A DNA stretch of 15,597 bases from Fimbriimonadales bacterium (GTDB taxonomy: Bacteria; Armatimonadota; Fimbriimonadia; Fimbriimonadales; JABRVX01). The notes under the pieces were generated by a model, which was not told the DNA's origin, searched no databases, and saw nothing but the letters and a program-made list of their open reading frames with translations. Shown here one piece after another: positions 9,262 to 15,597 of this stretch (position 1 is the first letter of the stretch; each line of letters starts with the position of its first letter). The DNA lies in NCBI GenBank assembly GCA_045862955.1, contig BTVI01000058.1, positions 1 to 15,597 of the forward strand, read 5' to 3'. Made by a program: the position numbers and the translations under genes.

Positions 9262-9358
9262 TTCGGGTTATTCCTCCCGTCGGTGCGGTCTCCAGCAAGC
9301 CCGGGAAGCCGGGACCCGTGCGGGCGCGGGCCGACGGTGCGTGTTTCGAGGGGTGAGT
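9262..9358 (-). ncRNA. rpsB 5' leader (t44-like, S2 autoregulatory element)
   Basis: Minus strand reads ACACGCAC-CGUCGG...GGGUCCC...CCGACG-GGAGG-AAUAACCC-GAAGGAGG. This has the conserved ACAC 5' motif, a CGUCGG/CCGACG stem (9331-9336 / 9278-9283), a GGGU/ACCC pseudoknot pair and the GGAGG-nAUAACCC 3' motif typical of t44/rpsB leaders. Confidence 0.8.
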
Positions 9359-9868
9359 TTACCCGCTGGAGGCTTCTTGCGCCACGGGCTGGGACTGCTG
9401 CTCTTCGCCATCGAAGTGCAGCACTGGGAACGGCTCGAGAAGCATCTCCTTGGTGTAGAGGAAGTCCTTGCGTTCGTAGTCTGCGAGTTCGAAGTCGTCT
9501 CGCAGCACAATGGCACCGGTAGGGCACGCATCCTGGCAATAGCCGCAGAAGATACAGCGGAGCATGTTGATCTCGTACCGGACTGCGTACCGCTCGCCGG
9601 GGCTGTAGCGAGCTTCCGGCGTGTTCTCGGCCGCCTCGACGTAGATGCACTTCGCTGGGCATGCGCCTGCGCACAGTGAGCAGCCGATACAGCGCTCCAG
9701 GCCGTTGTCGTATCGGGTGAGCACGTGCCGCCAGCGAGTGCGAGGATAGGTCTCGCGTCGCTGCTCGGGATACATGACCGTGATCTTTTCACGTTTCAGG
9801 CGCTTCCCCGTGATGCCGAAGCCCGTGGCCAAGGGTCGGAAGATGTCCCGAACGATATCGCGTATCAT
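9359..9868 (-). CDS. nuoI: NADH-quinone oxidoreductase subunit I
   Basis: Two CxxCxxCxxxCP motifs ([24 protein letters not shown]), [18 protein letters not shown] overlap with nuoB. Confidence 0.95.
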   Translation of the reverse strand: MIRDIVRDIFRPLATGFGITGKRLKREKITVMYPEQRRETYPRTRWRHVLTRYDNGLERCIGCSLCAGACPAKCIYVEAAENTPEARYSPGERYAVRYEINMLRCIFCGYCQDACPTGAIVLRDDFELADYERKDFLYTKEMLLEPFPVLHFDGEEQQSQPVAQEASSG

Positions 9869-10449
9869 GACTGCGGTGTCTCCTTGGAAGCTCGTACCGA
9901 CTCCTTCACCCTAGGCTTGAGTTCCATCAACCCGCCGAGTCGCTCGGCCCTGATCTTGGCCTGCAGTTTGAGGAGGCCGTACAGAAGGGCGTCGGGGCTA
10001 GGCGGACAACCGGGAACGTAGACATCTACGGGAACTACCTGGTCCACACCCTGAACGATGGCGTAGTTGTTGTACACGCCGCCAGAGGAAGCGCAAGCTC
10101 CCATCGAAACGACCCATTTCGGCTCCGGCATCTGGTCGTAGATCTGGCGGAGGATGGGTGCCATCTTCTTGCTCACCCGTCCCGCCACGATCATCACGTC
10201 GGCCTGTCGGGGAGTGGCTCGGAAGGCCTCCATGCCGAAGCGCGCGATGTCGAAGCGCGCCGCAGCGGTGGACATCATCTCAATGGCACAGCACGCGAGA
10301 CCGAAAGTAAGCGGCCACAGGCTGTTGATTCGGGCCTCTCGGATCAGGTCGTCCAAGACGCCGATCAGCACACCGCCCCCGTGGTTGACATCCCCTATGG
10401 GCGGGGTCGCTGAGTCGTGGAGAACGATTTCCTCTACTCTTCTCGGCAT
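9865..10449 (-). CDS. nuoB: NADH-quinone oxidoreductase subunit B
   Basis: [16 protein letters not shown] (tandem Cys of cluster N2), [32 protein letters not shown]. Confidence 0.95.
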   Translation of the reverse strand: MPRRVEEIVLHDSATPPIGDVNHGGGVLIGVLDDLIREARINSLWPLTFGLACCAIEMMSTAAARFDIARFGMEAFRATPRQADVMIVAGRVSKKMAPILRQIYDQMPEPKWVVSMGACASSGGVYNNYAIVQGVDQVVPVDVYVPGCPPSPDALLYGLLKLQAKIRAERLGGLMELKPRVKESVRASKETPQS

Positions 10450-10590
10450 AGGCGCTCCATGATGGCTGAGTTGGGTGAGGCGGATAAGCCCGACAGGTCC
10501 AACCCTTCAATGCTACGCCATTGGCTCGGGGGGTGTTGGCGTGCTCGCCGGGACCCCGTAGGTCCGACGCTGCCAGCCGCGCACGGGACG

Positions 10591-11244
10591 CTACACAAGG
10601 CCTTCGCGGACCGCCTTCATCGCCGCTTCGGTTCGCGTGTTCACGTGCAGCTTGCGAAGAATGCTCGAAACATGGTTCTTCACGGTCTTCTCGGCGAGTG
10701 ATAGCGCGTCGGCGATCTCCTTGTTCTTCTTTCCTTCTGCTAGGAATTGCAGCATCTCCCGCTCGCGTTTGCTCAGCTCGTAGAAGTGCTCCTCCTCGGC
10801 GGGACGGCCTGCCCCGATCAGCCTGCGAAAATCCTCGATCACCATTTTCGCGATGCGCGGGGTCATGCGCGATTCGCCTCGATACGCTTCCCGGATGGCC
10901 TCGATCACGTCCTTCGGAGTGCTGTCTTTGAGCAGGTATCCGATCGCGCCGGAGCGGATAGCCTCGAACACGTCCTCCGAGTCCTCGCTCACGGTGAGGA
11001 TAACCACCTGCAACTCCGGCATGATGCGCGTGAGGCGATTCGTGAGCTGAAGACCGTTGAGGTAGGGCATGTTGATGTCGGTCAGGAGCACGTCTGGCTC
11101 CGTCTCCTGAGCCAAGTCGAAAGCCTCCCGTCCGTCGGCAGCCATGCCAACCAACTCGATCTCCGGCGCGAGCTTCAGCACCTTTTGAAGCGCAGATCGG
11201 TAGTTGGGCTCGTCGTCTGCGACGAGCACTCGGATTGTGTCCAT
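10591..11244 (-). CDS. NarL/LuxR-family DNA-binding response regulator, 217 aa
   Basis: Receiver domain ([22 protein letters not shown]) plus LuxR HTH (LSKREREML...[26 protein letters not shown]). True start is ATG 11244 with AAGGGAG SD; the ORF-track extension to 11586 is antisense to oppD. Confidence 0.93.
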   Translation of the reverse strand: MDTIRVLVADDEPNYRSALQKVLKLAPEIELVGMAADGREAFDLAQETEPDVLLTDINMPYLNGLQLTNRLTRIMPELQVVILTVSEDSEDVFEAIRSGAIGYLLKDSTPKDVIEAIREAYRGESRMTPRIAKMVIEDFRRLIGAGRPAEEEHFYELSKREREMLQFLAEGKKNKEIADALSLAEKTVKNHVSSILRKLHVNTRTEAAMKAVREGLV

Positions 11245-11285
11245 TCTCAGCTCCCTTCGCGTTACCCTGGGCCGCGAGGCGGCTC

Positions 11286-11294
11286 TGGTATCCT
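11286..11294 (+). promoter_or_regulatory. Putative extended -10 promoter (TGgTATCCT) for a leaderless oppD transcript
   Basis: TGnTAnnnT motif ends 7 nt before ATG 11302; no SD upstream. Confidence 0.5.
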
Positions 11295-11301
11295 GTCCCC
11301 G

Positions 11302-12264
11302 ATGTCCCTGCTCGAGGTGACCGACCTCCGCGTAACTATACCAACTTCCCGGGGCTCGGTGGAGGCCGTGCGTGGCGTGTCGTTCAGCTTGGAGCAAGGA
11401 AAATCGCTCGGGCTGGTGGGCGAGTCGGGCTGCGGTAAGACTATGACCGGCCTCGCAATTCTGGGCCTGCCACCTTTGGGAGCACGCGTGGAGGGCAGCA
11501 TTCGCCTCGAGGGCCGCGAGCTGGTGGGCATCGGCGAGCGCGAGTATCGCAAACTGCGCGGCGGCGCCATCGGGATGGTGTTTCAAGACCCCTCACCCTC
11601 GCTCAATCCCCTGATGCGAGTGGGTGACCAGGTAGCCGAGTCGATTCGCCTGCACCGAGCCGTCTCGGCGGGTGAGGCCAGGCGGCTCGCGGAGCAGGAG
11701 ATCGCGCACGTGCGGCTTCCGGCTCCTAGCGAGACGTACCGACGCTACCCTCACGAGCTAAGCGGGGGGCAGCAGCAGCGCGTGCTGATCGCGATGGCAC
11801 TAGCCTGCCGGCCGAAGCTCCTGATCGCGGACGAGCCCACGACCGCCCTCGACGTGACTTTGCAAGCGCAGATCCTCGCGCTGCTACGCGACCTGCAGGC
11901 GGAGCTAGGGCTCGCGTGCATGTTTATCTCGCATGACATCGGGGTGGTGGGTGCGCTGTGCGACTCGGTCTCCGTGATGTACGCGGGACGCATCGTGGAA
12001 GCCGGCGCTCCGGAGAGGGTGATCGGCGCGCCGAGGCACCCCTACACGGTGGGCTTGCTCAACTCGCTGCCGCGACAAGGCGTTCGGCCCGAGCCGATCC
12101 CCGGACAGCCGCCGGGCCCGTTCGAGCGACTCGCCGGCTGCCCCTTCGAGCCGAGGTGTCCGAGAAAGCTGCAGCGGTGTGCTGTGGAGCTGCCCGCACT
12201 GGAGCCTCTCAGCGGGGGGAGTGTGGCCTGCTGGTCACCGGTGGAGGAGCTCGCTCGTGCCTGA
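11302..12264 (+). CDS. oppD: Oligopeptide/dipeptide ABC transporter ATP-binding protein (OppD/DppD-like)
   Basis: [11 protein letters not shown] start, Walker [30 protein letters not shown] and Cys-rich C-terminus. Confidence 0.9.
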   Translation: MSLLEVTDLRVTIPTSRGSVEAVRGVSFSLEQGKSLGLVGESGCGKTMTGLAILGLPPLGARVEGSIRLEGRELVGIGEREYRKLRGGAIGMVFQDPSPSLNPLMRVGDQVAESIRLHRAVSAGEARRLAEQEIAHVRLPAPSETYRRYPHELSGGQQQRVLIAMALACRPKLLIADEPTTALDVTLQAQILALLRDLQAELGLACMFISHDIGVVGALCDSVSVMYAGRIVEAGAPERVIGAPRHPYTVGLLNSLPRQGVRPEPIPGQPPGPFERLAGCPFEPRCPRKLQRCAVELPALEPLSGGSVACWSPVEELARA

Positions 12265-13231
12265 GCCGCTTCTTTCGGTGCGCGAACTTACGGTGGAGTA
12301 CCTCGGCACAGATGGACGCAGCTTTCGAGCCGCGGACCGGGTCAGTTTGGAGATCGCCCAGGGCGAGGTGCTTGCCCTGGTGGGCGAGTCGGGATGTGGG
12401 AAGACCACCGTCGCGATGGCGCTCGTCGGCCTAGTGGCGGCTTCGGGCGGCGAAGCGGTGTTCGACGGGTTGCCGCTTCCACGCAGAGAGAAGGATTGGC
12501 GGGCCTGGCGGCGCCGTATCGGCGTCGTGTTTCAGGACCCGTTCGCATCGCTCGACCCCCTGTGGAGCGTTCAGGCGTTGATCACCGAGCCGCTGGTGGT
12601 GCAGGGCGGGATGGGCCGGGCGGAGATGCGGGCGCGGGCGCGAGAGCTCGCCGAGCTCGTTGGGCTGGATGTCGAGCTTCTCCCCCGACGTCCGCACGAA
12701 CTGTCCGGCGGGCAGCGTCAGCGGGTGGCCATCGCGCGGGCGCTCTCGGCGGAACCGAAGCTGTTGATAGCAGACGAGCCGACCTCGGCTCTGGACATGT
12801 CTATCCGCGCGCAGGTGCTCAACCTGCTGCGGGACCTTCAGCAGCGCCTGAATCTGGCGGTCCTGTTCGTCAGCCATGACTTGGCGACGGTCCGGTACCT
12901 TGCCGACCGAGTTGCGGTGATGTATGCGGGCAGGCTGGTCGAGATAGGGCCGGCGGAGCAAGTGGTCGGACAGCCGCTGCACCCGTACAGCCAGGCGCTG
13001 ATTCGCTCTATGCCCGAGATAGGAGAGTTCGGGAGTTTGCCCCCGGTGCTGGAAGGGGAGGTTCCGGACCCCAGTCGGCTGCCGAGCGGCTGCGCGTTTC
13101 GTACGCGATGCCGCTACGCTAGAGACCTCTGCGCCGAACGGGAGCCAGAGCAGCACGAGCTCGGCACAGTCCGCGTCCGGTGCCACTTTGCCCCAGAGAT
13201 CGTCGAGGACTCCCTTTCCCGTCACGCTTGA
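12257..13231 (+). CDS. oppF: Oligopeptide/dipeptide ABC transporter ATP-binding protein (OppF/DppF-like)
   Basis: GTG start overlapping the oppD stop with GGAGGAG SD (12243-12249); [43 protein letters not shown]. Confidence 0.9.
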   Translation: MPEPLLSVRELTVEYLGTDGRSFRAADRVSLEIAQGEVLALVGESGCGKTTVAMALVGLVAASGGEAVFDGLPLPRREKDWRAWRRRIGVVFQDPFASLDPLWSVQALITEPLVVQGGMGRAEMRARARELAELVGLDVELLPRRPHELSGGQRQRVAIARALSAEPKLLIADEPTSALDMSIRAQVLNLLRDLQQRLNLAVLFVSHDLATVRYLADRVAVMYAGRLVEIGPAEQVVGQPLHPYSQALIRSMPEIGEFGSLPPVLEGEVPDPSRLPSGCAFRTRCRYARDLCAEREPEQHELGTVRVRCHFAPEIVEDSLSRHA

Positions 13232-13232
13232 C

Positions 13233-13264
13233 TTGACGAGATTCCGCATGGGGACGGGTATAGT
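13233..13264 (+). promoter_or_regulatory. Possible sigma70 promoter for the prepilin-like gene
   Basis: TTGACG at 13233-13238 and TATAGT at 13259-13264. The 20-bp spacing is suboptimal, so only the -10 is reasonably supported. Confidence 0.35.
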
Positions 13265-13416
13265 AGGAGACTAGATTGGAATGCGACGAGTCGTACGCGT
13301 CCGGCCGTCCGAACGATTCGCGGGTTTCTTCCGTCCCTATGTTAGAGACAGCGCAACGACCGTTCCCGCTCAGCGGGGGCAACACCAATCCACAGAAGTA
13401 TTCAGAGGTGAGAAAC

Positions 13417-14316
<900 letters not shown>

Positions 14317-14342
14317 GCTGGTTCGTCATCGCCGGATTGGCC

Positions 14343-14383
14343 CGACGGGGCGGCGCAGGATGCGCCGCCCCGTCGCTTTGGTT
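14343..14383 (+). terminator. Intrinsic terminator-like hairpin after the prepilin-like gene
   Basis: Perfect 15-bp stem CGACGGGGCGGCGCA-gga-TGCGCCGCCCCGTCG (14343-14375) followed by CTTTGGTT; lies between convergent genes. Confidence 0.75.
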
Positions 14384-14491
14384 CTCCATTCCCCGGCGCG
14401 CGTCCTCCGCTTCTCCATGCACCGGCCCCCGCGTCCCGGTCGGCTGCCGCCAACCTCCCGGCATCCACCGCCCCAGGGACCGCGCCGGGGC
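14384..14491 (-). repeat. Diverged REPIN-like element downstream of RAYT (plus an extra degenerate arm at 14384-14405)
   Basis: 14411-14491 aligns along its whole length with the reverse complement of ~15136-15214 (TTCTCCATGC.CCGGCCC..GCGTCCCG.TCGGC.GCCGCC.ACCTCCCG...GCCCCAGGGACCGCGCCGGGGC). Confidence 0.85.
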
Positions 14492-14550
14492 TCCGAACTC
14501 CATCCCGAGGCCGAGGTTGCGAGCGGTTCTCCACCGGGCGCCGCGACGCT

Positions 14551-15096
14551 CTACCACCGTTTGTGCCTAGCGAGCACCAGGTCGAGCGGCAGGCCGGTCT
14601 CCTCGCACCATGAGCCCTGCTCGAACAGCCAGGCGCTGGACCACCGATACTCTTCCGCAGACCGTACCAGACCTCGCTTCACCGGGTTGTTGTGGATGTA
14701 GGTGACCTTCACCATGGCATCGTGCTCACTGTACACGGGAACGCTGCGGAAACCCTCTTGCCAGAAGGCGCGTCGTCCACGTGCCGAAGGTTGCCGCCCG
14801 CCCATCTCCCGGCGACACATTGGGAGCAGAATCGCAGCTGACCTCGACTTCATGCTGCGCATGACCGACGCTACAGATCTGCTGGGTGGCAGTCGAGCGA
14901 GCAGGTGTAGGTGCTCTGGCATCACGACGTAGGCATGCAGCGTGACCCCGAGGTGCAGGCAGTCATCCGCTAGCGAGTTGAGCATGGCGTCGGCGAGTTC
15001 CGGGTGACGGAACACCGGCGTGAACGCCAGAACCCCCGTAGTCACGAAGACCGTCTCGTCGCCTTGGCCGACGTTGAGCCAGTGTCGGTAGCGCAT
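14551..15096 (-). CDS. REP-associated tyrosine transposase (RAYT / TnpA-REP; HUH Y1 superfamily), 181 aa
   Basis: VFVTT, AYVVMPEHLHLL (HUH), FWQEGF, YIHNNPVKRGLV (catalytic Tyr), YRWSS; flanked by inverted palindromic repeats. Start ATG 15096; the upstream 60 aa of the ORF track are translated repeat. Confidence 0.92.
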   Translation of the reverse strand: MRYRHWLNVGQGDETVFVTTGVLAFTPVFRHPELADAMLNSLADDCLHLGVTLHAYVVMPEHLHLLARLPPSRSVASVMRSMKSRSAAILLPMCRREMGGRQPSARGRRAFWQEGFRSVPVYSEHDAMVKVTYIHNNPVKRGLVRSAEEYRWSSAWLFEQGSWCEETGLPLDLVLARHKRW

Positions 15097-15106
15097 CGTC
15101 GAGTGG

Positions 15107-15115
15107 ATCGTAGCA
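15107..15115 (-). promoter_or_regulatory. Putative extended -10 (TGcTACGAT) for the RAYT gene, embedded in the repeat
   Basis: Minus strand reads CCA-TGCTACGAT-CCACTCGACG-ATG. No SD; the motif is duplicated at 15459-15467. Confidence 0.45.
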
Positions 15116-15597
15116 TGGAGCGGACGTGGCCCGATGCCCCGGCGCGGTCCCTGGGGCAGACGATCACGGGAGGTCGGCGGCGGCCGATCGGGACGCGGGC
15201 CGGGGCATGGAGAAAACGTCCGGGCATGGAAAACCTCGGTTGCCTCGACGTTCGGCTGCTCGGGTAGTCGCTGCACGATAGCGTGGTGCCAGACGGCAGC
15301 CGAAACGTCTAGGCATGGAAACTTCGTGACCTCGGTGCTGCCAACCGGCGGACGCGGGCCCGGGCATGGAAACCTCGGTTGCCTCGACGTTCGGCTGCTC
15401 GGGTAGTCGCTGCACGATAGCGTGGCGCCAGACGGCAGCCGAAACGTCTAGGCATGGAATCGTAGCATGGAGCGGACGTGGCCCGATGCCCCGGCGCGGT
15501 CCCTGGGGCAGACGATCACGGGAGGTCGGCGGCGGCCGATCGGGACGCGGGCCGGGGCATGGAGAAAACGTCCGGGCATGGAAACCTCGGTTGCCTC
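15107..15597. repeat. Mosaic REP/REPIN array upstream of RAYT (cut by the window edge)
   Basis: 15107-15246 is repeated at 15459-15597 (period 352). 15220-15320 is repeated at 15360-15459. GCATGGA occurs at 15113, 15205, 15224, 15313, 15364, 15452, 15465, 15557 and 15576. Confidence 0.92.

Noticed and set aside
10747..11586. 505-aa OppD fusion and 331-aa extended regulator
   Set aside because: Each extension is the antisense of the divergent neighbour; clear starts exist at 11302 and 11244.
13276..13416. 47-aa N-terminal extension of the prepilin-like protein
   Set aside because: The class III signal normally starts just before GFTLIE, and a good SD precedes GTG 13417.
14551..15096. Classical IS200/IS605 element
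   Set aside because: No tnpB. The motifs (MPEHLH, FWQ, YIHNNPV, YRWSS) and the inverted flanking repeats fit RAYT better.
15097..15415. 60-aa N-terminal extension of RAYT and the 83-aa ORF starting MQRLPEQPNV
   Set aside because: Both are translations of repeat modules; RAYT-like sequence starts at MRYRHW (15096).
15107..15597. CRISPR array
   Set aside because: No constant 25-45 bp repeat with unique equal-length spacers; the intervening sequences are themselves repeated, and no cas genes are present. The same applies to 1-521.

Overview
GC-rich bacterial DNA, probably Armatimonadota; this is inferred from the [33 protein letters not shown] prepilin-like family. Most of the window is housekeeping. 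On the minus strand lie a NarL/LuxR response regulator, an isolated nuoB-nuoI pair, a t44-type rpsB leader RNA, rpsB-tsf-pyrH-frr-uppS-dxr-rseP (cdsA absent), and ugd plus a TPR protein. On the plus strand lie an orphan oppD/oppF ATPase pair and a prepilin-type (DUF1559 / H-X9-DG-like) gene. The most interesting part is a REP-associated HUH/Y1 tyrosine transposase (RAYT, 14551-15096). It is flanked in inverted orientation by a ~77-80 bp long-spacer hairpin (REPIN-like) element. To its right is a mosaic array of cassettes that all end in GCATGGA (9 copies in ~470 bp), including two sequence-distinct hairpins of the same geometry. The same hairpin family forms a second tandem array of 190-202 bp units at the left end, 14 kb away, interleaved with a CGTC-tagged repeat. 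No database searches were possible; calls rest on motifs and synteny.
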